Source: Alloascoidea hylecoeti
Taxonomy: Eukaryota
Length of the DNA: 62,754 nucleotides
Assembly: GCA_001600815.1 (NCBI GenBank)
Contig: BCKZ01000039.1
Span: 1-62,754 of the forward strand
Direction of reading: 5' to 3'
Positions 50,100 to 61,800 of this stretch are shown piece by piece (the first letter of the stretch is position 1; each line of letters begins with the position of its first letter). The position numbers were made by a program, and so were the translations under genes. The notes below the pieces were generated by a model. It had not been told where the DNA came from and did not search any database. It saw only the letters and a program-made list of their open reading frames with translations.

Positions 50100-51109
50100 A
50101 ATATAAAATGCATCCAAGCAGTAAGTAGAAATCAGGTGGACTCAATAGATAATCATACAGAGTTGAATTTTTCACTGGTATAATATTTTGATAGGTCAAT
50201 TATTCCAGTAAATCCGAACAAGTTTAAAGGGAGATTAATTACATACTTGAAAGCGTGGAGAATCATAATAAATAACACAAAAAAGGAAATATACCAACTA
50301 CTGAAACGGTACCAAAATTGACAAATGAAGCGTTACAAAAACTGGTGGAAAGCCTTGCAGGAGAAGATATGAAAAAAGAATAAAAGACATGGAAGAAGAA
50401 AACATATCCAAATACTCAATTAAATCAATAAGCCAAAAGTAGTATAATAAAAACAAAATTATATTGAAACCAAACAAGTGGATGCAGTTAATTCCGAAAC
50501 TAAAAGATAAAAATTGGAAGAAATGGTGGGGACTTATCAAAGAAACATATAAGGAACACCCTGAGGAGACACAATGGATACATTTGCTCAGCTTGGGATA
50601 TGTTACTCATATGCTACATCACGATAAAAATGCAAAAAAATGCAAAAAAATCTGATATTTGTAGTTTATGTTAACAAGGTAAAGACGACATATTACATCT
50701 ATTTGAAGATTGCTCAACCATAAGAATACTAAAGAAGATGATGATAGGGAGAGAAAGAATTAGGATCAAATTATTGATCATAAATACAAAAGAAAATATA
50801 GAAAAAATTGGGGCTTTTATCAAAAAGGCACTAGAACTAAGAAAAAATATTAGATTTGCAGGGACACCACCACAAATATTAAATGAGATTGATTTGGGGA
50901 TTCTAGTATCTAAAAACTTGAAAAAGTAAAAAATATCTTACTTTTAAGGGTGGTCTAGGTTCATAAGAGAAGAAAGAAGAGCGGCAGGAATACACAAAAA
51001 TAAGAAGAATAGAAAAAGAGGTTTTTATTTCACTATATATAGTAGAGTTTTCCTCATAATTTGCATAGTTTCTAGTTATATAATTTAATTGGAAAATATA
51101 AAAAAAAAA
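50100..51109 (+). mobile_element. 5'-truncated LINE (family A): ORF2 C-terminal remnant, 3' UTR and A-tail
   Basis: YLKAW, NWKKWWGLIK..WIHLLSLGY..C resemble L1-clade C-termini; blocks recur at 52640-52890; ends in an A10 run. Confidence 0.55.
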
Positions 51110-51469
51110 GTATTATTTCGCGAGTACATTTAACATTTCTTGGATACATTTTATATTAGTTCTCGATACATGTGGTGGTATCTCACATATACTTCATTGG
51201 TTCTTTGTGACATTTAATATTTTATTCTTACTTTATTTTACTTCTGGAATTGCCTATAAATAAATATTGAATTTATCTATATATACATAAGAAATTCCAC
51301 TTTTAAAAGAGGATAGCTTTAATATATTTTCCTGTTTGAATCTTGATAGTCATCTTTATTTGATTTCGCCAGATACATTTATTGTAAGCCACGTCATTGG
51401 TAGCTTACTTTACATTTTATGTAAATTTTATTAGATAATTATTATGAAAGGCTAAAAAAAAAGACACTC

Positions 51470-51580
51470 AAAAAGAAGTTAAGAAGAAGGAGAGGTTTTA
51501 TGCTCTATGAGTAATTTCCTCAATTTAGTAGTTTCTAGTGAGAAGATTTAAATTTAGAAGTTTTGGTAATAAATAAATAC
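51470..51580 (+). repeat. Family A LINE 3'-UTR fragment
   Basis: AGAAG..AGGTTTTA..CTATGAGT..TAGTTTCTAGTGAGAAG.TTTAAATT, near-identical to 52490-52570. Confidence 0.7.
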
Positions 51581-52479
51581 GCATTTTTCGTTTTGGTCTC
51601 TGATTCCAACGATTTCAGCGCGAATCACTGTTCTTATAATAAGTTGTTGAACTCTTCAGATCCGTCATCAAACTACATTCACTGACTTGTACATGTACCC
51701 TGGTACAGTTGTGTCACGCTTTCAGATCTTATAATTAGTACTTCGCTCCTTTTCAATGATTAACTTGTTTGATATCTAATAATAGAAAAGGGGAATACCT
51801 ACACACACCTATATTTTACTGTTACTAGAAAGTTTTATACGGCTGCTAACATAGATCCCAAAGAAGAAGAACACATTTTAACTTTACATCATTTGGCTCT
51901 AAGCATTTCTTAATGTTTCTTTATCAATGGATGTTTACGATGAGTTGAAAAGGCGTAGAGATGAGACTAGGGGGCAATCAGAGTATTTACTTCCAGTAAA
52001 TTAATTCCATCCCACACGAAATCAAGCCAGGCGGAAACTCTCGAGTCTACCAACCACAAGATTCAAAGTTTCAACTTCAGAAATAACCTCGGAGATCGAA
52101 AAATGTTTACCACATTTACAGGAAAATCTAGATGATAGGGTCGAATTCCTTGACAGCTACTGTTCAGATCCATCAGCTGCCTAAAGTTCAAACAACCTTA
52201 CCTGAAAATTTTCATGTTACAAATCAGTTCCAACAGTGTAAGACACCAAGTGGCTCATCTGTACTGGAGATAGCCAAACCAACTCTGAAGGCTGTTGGCT
52301 TTCAAACAAGCATGGTTGTTCCTACAAAATCAACTTTAGCTGGCGATTTTAGTAAGGATTCCGATCATGACTCTGAGTATAGCCCTAATAGTGAAAATGT
52401 CTTGGATATCGAGAGAATAGAAGTTATTCTTCAGATATAAAACCGTTATATCCTAACATATGCATGGGGCAGAAGAGAC

Positions 52480-52890
52480 AGTCAAAGAGTAGTTAAGAAG
52501 AAGAAAAGGTTTTACATTCTATGAGTTATTTTCTAAATAATAGTTTCTAGTGAGAAGGTTTAAATTACATGTGTTTAGAAGTTTTAAATCGGAAATTATG
52601 TGGAAAAGTTAAAAAAAATTAAAATCAAGGAAGAATATAAGATACGCACTATTATGCAGGGACACCACAACAAATATTAAATGAAATAGACTCGGGCACA
52701 TATAATTAATAGCTAAGTTAAATCATTGGAAAAAAAGATGAAATGAATTGAAAAATAAAAAATGGAAGAAATGGGAAGTATCAAAAAGGCGTACAAGAAG
52801 AGAGGAAACACAATTGGGCTCATCTGTTTAGCTTAGGATGCGTCACCTATATGATCCAATCCAAATGCAAAAATGTGGCGGCAAGTATTG
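52480..52890 (+). repeat. Family A LINE 3'-UTR fragment followed by reordered ORF2 pieces
   Basis: TAGTTTCTAGTGAGAAG core; TGCAGGGACACCAC.ACAAATATTAAATGA matches ~50857-50887; AATGGAAGAAATGG..CATCTGTTTAGCTTAGGAT matches ~50512-50600. Confidence 0.7.
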
Positions 52891-53746
52891 ACCACTTGTT
52901 AGCCTATATATTCGCCGATACATAAGTAAATATTCACCCACATTTTAAGTTATTGATTCGACCACAAGTCGCTCCAGACCGAATATTCTCCAGACCAAAA
53001 TATTTAGTTTATCAGATGGGCGTGATTAAGTGGATGAGCTGGATTATCTATATACATATATAGTCTATTCTCATAAACTTATATGATATAATAAATATTC
53101 ACATAATTATAAGAGCTTATTAAAAATTATGTTTTAAATCACGATTATCGGGTCTTAAAATGATAATTTAGTGGTTCATATCATTTTTGGTACCTAGATT
53201 CGATTAAGACCAACATGGGGATGTTAAGTTGTTATTATGCAATGCATACTTGTTAACGTTAAGAATTAAAAAATAATAAGAAACCTGCAACATCCTTGAG
53301 GAATATCTCATCACATTGCATGTGTTGGGATATTTGGATTGAGAAAGTCTTTGTGTTAAGCATTGTTCTCTTCTTCAACACAATATTGTTTGCACATCTC
53401 AACAGAAACTGTGCACAAGGGTATAAGAAAAAATAACTTACAGTTATCGAATCCCAATAATACAATGAATTGGTATATTTACTGAAAGACCATTGGATAA
53501 TATTGTCTATATTAGATGCATATGTATATGGATATTTAAGATAATTAGAAGGTTAATCAGATATCACATTTCCAACACCATTCAAAGTCCCCAGATCCAT
53601 ACAACACCTATGAATTATTTATAGATTCTCATCTAAATATAGGATCAAGAACTGATGTTATGAGCTCGAGACTTGGGTATTTAAACAGTTACATTTCTCT
53701 ATTGAATGTTCATTAGTCAATATCAACTCTTGAATATAAAACTAAG

Positions 53747-54896
53747 ATGCACACTCGTTCTATCACCCTCATTGTCGCTACCGCTGTAGCTGGAACTATT
53801 GCTCAATTCAGCAATGAAACTGTTACTCCAGTTTTCCCTACTTTCCCTATTACAACCCAAGAAGATGGCACTACAATCACTACCAAAGTCACTACTACTG
53901 TGACCAGTGAGGACACTACATTCACCACTGAGTACACTACTACAACTGTTCCTTGTACCAAGACCGATTGTCATCCAACCGAAACCGAAACTGCAACTGA
54001 AGAATGTACTACAGATGTTACTACTACATCTACCCCAGTTACCCCAGTTTTCCCTACCGATACTACTACCACTACAACTGCTCCTTGTACCAAGACTGAC
54101 TGCCATCCAACTACTAAGCCTACAACTAAACCTGCTCCAACTACCACTAAAGAATGCACTAACTGTGCTCCAACTACCAAGCCTACAACTGAAGTTCCTC
54201 CAACCACCAAGCCTACAACTGAAGTTCCTCCAACNNNNNNNNNNNNNNNNNNNNNNNNNNNNNNNNNNNNNNNNNNNNNNNNNNNNNNNNNNNNNNNNNN
54301 NNNNNNNNNNNNNNNNNNNNNNNNNNNNNNNNNNNNNNNNNNNNNNNNNNNNNNNNNNNNNNNNNNNNNNNNNNNNNNNNNNNNNNNNNNNNNNNNNNNN
54401 NNNNNNNNNNNNNNNNNNNNNNNNNNNNNNNNNNNNNNNNNNNNNNNNNNNNNNNNNNNNNNNNNNNNNNNNNNNNNNNNNNNNNNNNNNNNNNNNNNNN
54501 NNNNNNNNNNNNNNNNNNNNNNNNNNNNNNNNNNNNNNNNNNNNNNNNNNNNNNNNNNNNNNNNNNNNNNNNNNNNNNNNNNNNNNNNNNNNNNNNNNNN
54601 NNNNNNNNNNNNNNNNNNNNNNNNNNNNNNNNNNNNNNNNNNNNNNNNNCAAGCCTACAACTGAAGTTCCTCCAACTACCAAGCCTACAACTAAACCTGC
54701 TCCAACTACCACTAAAGAATGCACTAACTGTGCTCCAACTACCACTAAAAAATGCACTGATTGTGCTCCTACTTCAGTTACCCCAACTAATCCCCCAGTA
54801 GTACCTCCAACATACACTGGTGGTGCTGACTATCTTAAAATCGGAACTCCTTCTATTGGTGGTGCAGTCCTCCTCCTCGCTGGAATTTTCCTTTAA
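53747..54896 (+). CDS. GPI-anchored Thr/Pro/Cys-rich cell-wall protein or adhesin; internal repeats hidden by gap 54235-54649
   Basis: Signal peptide MHTRSITLIVATAVAG; PCTKTDCHP, TTKPTTEVPP and KECTNCAPT repeats on both sides of the gap; C-terminal YTGGA plus hydrophobic tail. Confidence 0.88.
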
Positions 54897-55707
54897 ATGT
54901 ATTCCATTTATTATTTTTTTTAATTTTTTACTTCTTGTTCCATGGATATACTCTTTGTGATATTCATCTATTTTTTCATAAATTTTATTTTTAATTATTT
55001 CCTTTATGTTTCTCGTGGATAGATATTTTACTTTTTACTTTCACATATATTTTCTCATTCTAATTATCATTTATTCTTCATGCAATTGTTTGTTTAAACA
55101 TTTATTCTTCTATTTTCTAAATTACCCTATAATATGAATTTTTCATTTGAAATCTTCTTTTCCATTGCTAGCTTTTTATATATTATTTACTTTGATAGTG
55201 AATTTTAATAAACATCGGCTTTTTTAATTTTTAATTTAAATAAAATGATATGAGCTTTATTTACATTGCAATTATGTTATAATACCTGGCTTGTAATTAC
55301 ATTCCAAGTCCTTAAAATCACTAGAACTAAAAACATTTTCGATTCGTCTGTCTGGGATCTTAGTCCTTATTCTTCAACTTCCCCTTATTGTAGTATTAAA
55401 TCCTATTTCACTCCGTAGTTATTGTTATTTCTTGTATTTTTTATTCCAATTCATTCATACTCTTTTAATCGTCCCTAGTTATACATGTAAGTATTCCTTT
55501 CCACATTACAAACCATGTGTTGTGGTCAATCTTTGCCACAATTGGCCATTGCCATGGAACTAAATACACTACAGCGTTTGGACTAAATTATAAGTCATCT
55601 TTTTCATTAAACCATTTTCTCATCGATAGTTATATTTTATATTTATCGGCTCGAGTTTAAACTAAAGAAATGTTTATTTAATTAGTGGTTCATGTAATAT
55701 TTGGTAT

Positions 55708-55976
55708 AAATGTGGCCGAATATTAAGTGAACATGCCTCCACCACCTGATCAAATGTTATTCATCAATGTGGCCGAATGTTTAGTCAAAACTCAACCATC
55801 CACAGATTCCACACTACTGATTCCACGCAGTGATTCCAGTGACCATTCCGCACATATTCAGCCGCATTTAATTTCTGTACCGGTATCTTCACCCACTAAT
55901 AGGGTGCCATTGATATGGAATTTTGGCCGTCAAACCTGGCCGAAGATATATATATTGTTACATACTCGGCCATATA
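55708..55976. mobile_element. MITE-like segment with repeated TGGCCGAA motifs and an inverted copy at the right end
   Basis: TGGCCGAA at 55713, ~55770 and ~55937; CTCGGCCA at ~55965. Confidence 0.4.
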
Positions 55977-56244
55977 TGGCAAAGCGCTGATCACATGTCT
56001 TCTCGAAGCTTCTACCACTCGATCACACATATTGTGGATATCACTAGAAGCTGCCATCTCTCATAGAATATCATGAGATCTTCTAAGCGTGGGATTATCT
56101 CCCGAACATAAAAGCACTTGTGTCCCACTTGTCAGGGAAGGACCAAGCTTTAATCGGACTATTATCTACTAATACACAGTAAGACTAGTATCACGATTAA
56201 TACGCCACTATAACATATATATAATAATAGATACAGCTGTTTTT

Positions 56245-56332
56245 TCTTCACTATAGTAGTGATTTCCTCGACATTTACATTGTTTCTAGTTATGGACCTT
56301 AATTGGAAATTATATGAAAGGTTAAAGAAAAG
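56245..56332 (+). repeat. Family A LINE 3'-UTR fragment
   Basis: TTCACTATA..TTTCCTC..GTTTCTAGTTAT..TTAATTGGAAA matches 51029-51100. Confidence 0.65.
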
Positions 56333-56899
56333 ACATTATATAATTAGATATCAAGTTATTATCACTATGTAGTTTTGTAGTTACTTACCTAATACCACAT
56401 CCACAACAAAAGTGAAGAGTAAACACAGACACAAAACAACAAATTGAAAACATATAAATAAATAAGACGAATATAATCAACTTTGACAAACTATACTTTT
56501 CAACCTCGGATCGAGTCAAATGTAAGAAAATTAGCTCCGTTGTAATAAGATGAAACTTCACAAATATTTATAACACCAAGAAAATGCAAATCGTTTAGAA
56601 ATCCCAAACTAGTGTCTAAATGTTGACCATCTAACAACAGATACACCTGATCACAAAATAAATAGGAATAGAAAACATTCCAATTGTAAATTGTAAAAGA
56701 CGCAGAAAGAAACCACGAAACCATAAAGCGTTTCAAGCACATTTAAAAAAATATAGTTCTCTTTTATATCGTAGTATTGATAACAATTTAGATATCAGTA
56801 ACAATTGAGATTCAAGGAAATTTTAGAAAGTTTAACAAAACTCTGAGATTCGAAAGTTGATGTAATTTACTAGCACGTTTTGCACGACCATTTGGTAAT

Positions 56900-57640
56900 C
56901 AATATCTCTACCATAACCTCCGCAGATAGGAGGTCTACTACCTAGAGCGATCAGTTGGCCAAAACCACCCTCATCCTCGTCATCTTATATTTACCACGAG
57001 GATAGTATCATTTAAATGAGGGATCGCTTTCATCCTACAGCCCTGCTATTGATGAACCAAACAAGTTGATTGACCAGTTTGTAGTTGTCCTCAAATCCAT
57101 TAGACCAGCAAGTGCTTTAAGTCTAGAATACCTGTTATTATGACTGCCCAACATTTTGCTTGTTGACTGGTTTCTTGCCCTTTAACCTTATTGAATGTGA
57201 CATTGCATTAGTAGTATGATCCAAACAATACAAATACATCTTCAAAAATATATGACGGTAATCCACTTTATAAATAGGGTGAACCTTCTGGGGAACTAAT
57301 TTCTTATAAGTATCAGTTTTAAAGTTAATAGTGGTCTCATATATTCCTATAACTGGGTCTCAAAACAAGCTATCTTCGTGTTGTTTGCGAATGTGACCAT
57401 TTCCAATGCGATTGAACCCTCGTCAACAGTAAACTGAACTCCTCCTTTACAACATGTTGCAATGTTGCACTCAAGAGTAGAACTCATCTTGTAAATAGCA
57501 CCAGTCATGTTTATGACTGCACCTTCTCAATCCTCTTGCTACGGTAGCATGCTTTACGATGCTTTGTTAATAGTCTTGGAATTTTGACAAAATCTAACCC
57601 GCCATAATTCCTTGAATAAGACATTAAAACGAAAACGTAC
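56900..57640 (-). mobile_element. Heavily decayed L1-like reverse-transcriptase fragment
   Basis: In the expected order: RGLR (cf. RGLRQG), VTFANNT (cf. FADD), DEGGFG (cf. xGGLG); many disruptions. Confidence 0.4.
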
Positions 57641-57904
57641 TAACTAAACGTGGGTTTTTTTTCTCTTTTCACTCTGGTAGGCTGGTACAGTTGCTGATAA
57701 AACAAGAAATGTAGAACAAAGAAGGAAGAAGATATTTTCCAAGTACAATATATTATATAGTACTACAAACTATACTGACATATACTAACACTAGAGTAGA
57801 TGTCAACACAAGAAAGCAGTCATTATGTACTTACCTTATGTACTGAGCTATTCCAAAAGCAGATTATAGAATGTTTACAAAGTAATTAAGATGTACCGTA
57901 GCTA

Positions 57905-58002
57905 TAGAGTTTTTCACTTTATGAGTGATATCATCAGTAAACTATGTTGTAGTTTCTAGTTAGAAGTTTTAAATAGTAGAAATTATATAAAAGTTGAAAA
58001 AG
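57905..58002 (+). repeat. Family A LINE 3'-UTR fragment
   Basis: ATGAGT..TAGTTTCTAGTTAGAAGTTTTAAAT..GAAATTAT..AAAAGTT matches 52520-52612. Confidence 0.65.
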
Positions 58003-58836
58003 GTATGATAACACTACACCCTACAATATTGAAAAGTATTCTATGGTGTATTTTTTTGAAAAAGTTTCGGCCGATTTTTCGAATAAGTATTTTGTACAGT
58101 TATCATAAAAGTGGTTTGGGTTCTCTAAAATATAATTTGCAAATTGGGTGTTTTCAGAAAATATTTTGCTGTAATTTTGAAAATATATTTCGTCTCTATT
58201 TTGATAGTTGTGGAAAGAGGAAAGTGAGAAGAAATAAAATTAATATCATGGTCCTAAAAGCTGTAATATCTCGGGTTGAACACTTTTTTTTTTGTGGATA
58301 TGGTGATATTAGTTGAAGTTTTCCAAATTATATGAAATTATACATGAAGATATTATTTTCAGGTACAATTTATTCTATATTTTAACGCTTTAACGATTTT
58401 TTCTGATCTGATCGAATAACGCATAACCATAGTTATCCAGGTGTTTATAATTAATGTACAGTTTTACTTGACTATACTATTTGGTATAATTTAATTTTAC
58501 AACAAAGTTTATTTGTATATAACCCAAAAGCTATAATTATCTAGCAAAAAAATAAATGTAAATGATGATGATACGAACATTTAAAGAAACAGCAAATTTT
58601 AAAAAAACATTTAAATTAGGGATACATTAAGAAAAACATAAAAATATAAACAACATAATCAGAACCCCTCATTTAAGAGCAAAGTTGAAAGAAAACAACA
58701 AAATTTTCTATAAAAAAACAACAGCATATATGAAATCTAACCACCATCTACATATAGAAAATCAAAATATAAGTATAAAACGTAAAAACAAGAAAGGGAA
58801 GTGTAAATAATACACTCAAAACAAAGATAAAAACAT

Positions 58837-61800
58837 TTATTTAGGAGGCTCGATCCAACCTAGCGAGTTTTTAGATATTATGGGGGCAGATATCCTTCTT
58901 GTCTTCTTTTTAGAAAACAAAGAGGAACCTCGTTTACCACTACCTGAAAAAGAAGAGGCAATTGAAAATCTCTTTTTATGTTCTGATGTAACTGCAGTTG
59001 TGCTATTTGAAGAAGAAAGTAGGTTTGCTATACCTAATTCACCGGGTCCATAGATAAGTTTATCTTGAGGTGTATATGGATTTCCACTTTCTGAATCTGA
59101 TAATCGATTAAATCCTGAGCTGGAATCGGTTTTAATTCCCGAATTTCTTTGATCAAATAAAACACTCATATAAATATCACTTTTAGATCCAGTAGCAGAT
59201 GTTGCAGTCTGTGATATAGGTCTGTTTTGCATATTTGGGCTAAGATGAGAAGAGCTTCTACTAGAATTTTGTCTTGAAGAATCGGGAGAAACTGTTAGTG
59301 CCCTTGGGGGTGGGCTAAGCGTCACCGCAGGTACTGAGTGTGATCTTGATCTTATTTTTGCATCAATATCATTGGCGGTCTTTTCATTAGAAAATCCGAA
59401 AGGGGAAGATAAATTATCTGCAGGAAATGGCAAAAGTCCATTCTGGATATCCTCGATTTCTTGTTCTTTTCTCATTGATTTCCTATGAATTTCAACCAAA
59501 TCTTGAGGTGAGAGAAATTCAATGGACCTTGACTGAACACTTCCCATGCTCGAAGCACGCCGGTTATGATCTAATGGACCTGCAGTAATTGGAGAATTCT
59601 TTTGCGATATATACTCGGCATATGACTTAATAGGAGGACCAGGGTTCTTTAAGTGCTTTTGACTTTCAAAACTTTCTCTCCTTACTTTTTTTCTCCGAAT
59701 GATTCTACAAACCACAAACAAGAAAGACAAATAGCAAACTCCTGAAACTGTCGTAACGGCTGCAACAATTGAACTTTTCTTAGACAATGGTCCAGAATAG
59801 CTTGATCCTTCCAAACTTCCGCTAGTATCTGAAGTAGTGGATGCAGCACTAGATGACGTATATGACAATCTACCTTGAGAAGTATCAGCAACACTCTTCG
59901 AACTAGAGGTACTAAGCGAGCCTGAAAATAAAGAATCAATATGTGATACAAATGAAGAAACTGTATCATCTGGATTATTATAAAGAGCTGAATTGTCATT
60001 AGCTATTGCATAATTAAGAAGATAATATTTTTCTGAAGGGATGTAAACATTGGCTGAAGATACGATATATGAAAGACCATTCAATGACAGCGGGCTGATG
60101 CTTTCAACGTATATCTCAGACTCATCAGTGCTGAGACCATATGATAATGCCTTTTGAAGATAAGTAAAAATTTGAGCGCTGGCTAGGGTATTTTTTACGA
60201 TGAACTCATAATTTAAAGCATTATCGAATGCCACGGCCACTAACACCGAACCGCTAGGTACTGTTGCATTGGCTGATTGCACAACGGCCTGAGGTAATGA
60301 AGACGGAATTGAAGAAGGCTGTAGCAAAGCAGAAACTTCTGTGTTAATTGTCGGAGCTGCCGACGATGTCGAGTCGACAATTACACTTGATGGTAAGAAT
60401 GTTGTACTTTCGCCAATTGAACCAGTAGTTTCAGAAGTTGTCATTGTTGCAATTGTGGTTTGGGTATTAGTTACAGTAACAGAAGGGGTTGATATTGAAT
60501 TGGAAGTGGTATGAACGTCGGGGTTTTCAGATTCTGTGGTTTCGGATGTAGTATGTTCAACAGCTGAATTTTCTGAAGTAGTCGATTCTTTTTCAGTTGA
60601 ACTTCTAGCGGTTGGTGTTGTTATATCAGTAGAATGCAAAGCATTAGAACTAATTTTCATAGTATTAGAAGCCGCAGTCGATATGACAGCCGAATGGCTT
60701 AATGCATTACTACTATGGCCCTGGTAAATTGTTGTTAGAGAAGGTGTTCTACCATCATCACTACTAATCTTGGATGTCATAATTTGTGATTCTATGATCG
60801 ATCCTGATTGTGAAATACCATTTGATGTGTGTATGCTAGTATGAGATCCCAGGCTAGTCTGCGATACAATTGATATTTTACTTGATCTCGACACTGTATC
60901 CTCCGAAGCAGTAGGTGAAGAGCTTTTTATCACAGAATTTGAAGTGGAATCATATACCGCTGATTGTGATATAGAAGTGGTTATCTGAGTATTTGATTCT
61001 CCACCAGACGTGGTAGTTGCAGGTGTTATAGCACTTTTGGTTTGAACATTGGATCCAATGCTTGATTCCTTTATAGATGTTGCACTAACAGTTCTAGATT
61101 GAGCACTTCCAGATTCAATCAATGAGTCAGAGAAAATAGCGGATGAGATAATAGATTGGGTTTTACTGTTAACTGATCCAGAGTTTGTAGCACTTTCAAG
61201 TAGAGAAATTTCTCCGCTTGCAACCGTAATACCTGAAGAGATAGCAGTGGTTCCTTGAAGCTGTGATGATACACCAGACGTGACAGTTGCACCACTATTG
61301 GTCTTAACAATAGAGCCACTATTTGTTGTCTGTGTAGAAGCTCCACTAGCGGTTCTAGAATAAACACTCCCAGATTTACTTATTAAATTAGACGTGATAA
61401 ACTGTGTGTTACTGCTGATCAATCCAGAGCTTGTAATACCTTGAGAAATCCCTTGGCTTGTAACTGCAATACCTGAAGATACTTTCAAAGTGCTTCCTAT
61501 ATTAGTATTCTCCACAACAGAAGATTTAGAAGCGTCAATTCCCATGGATGTACTAGGGATAATACCCGAACCTGTATTGGAGGTAGTTATAGGTGCACTT
61601 TCTGTTTCCGAAGTCTCTGACCCTAAGTTATTAATACTACTACCTTTAGAGAGTACAGTTGTAGAACCCACAATTTTTGGATTTGTAGAGTATGTTGTAA
61701 TGGTATTTCCATCAAAGGTCGATAATTCCCCTGACTTACTATATCCTGTACTGACTTGAGTTGGAATTATTGACAGAACATCACTAGCGATGCTAGCCAA

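Noticed and set aside
12727..55489. Six intergenic TACATGTA octamers as Tc1 excision footprints
   Set aside because: A few are expected by chance at this base composition; untestable without empty-site alleles
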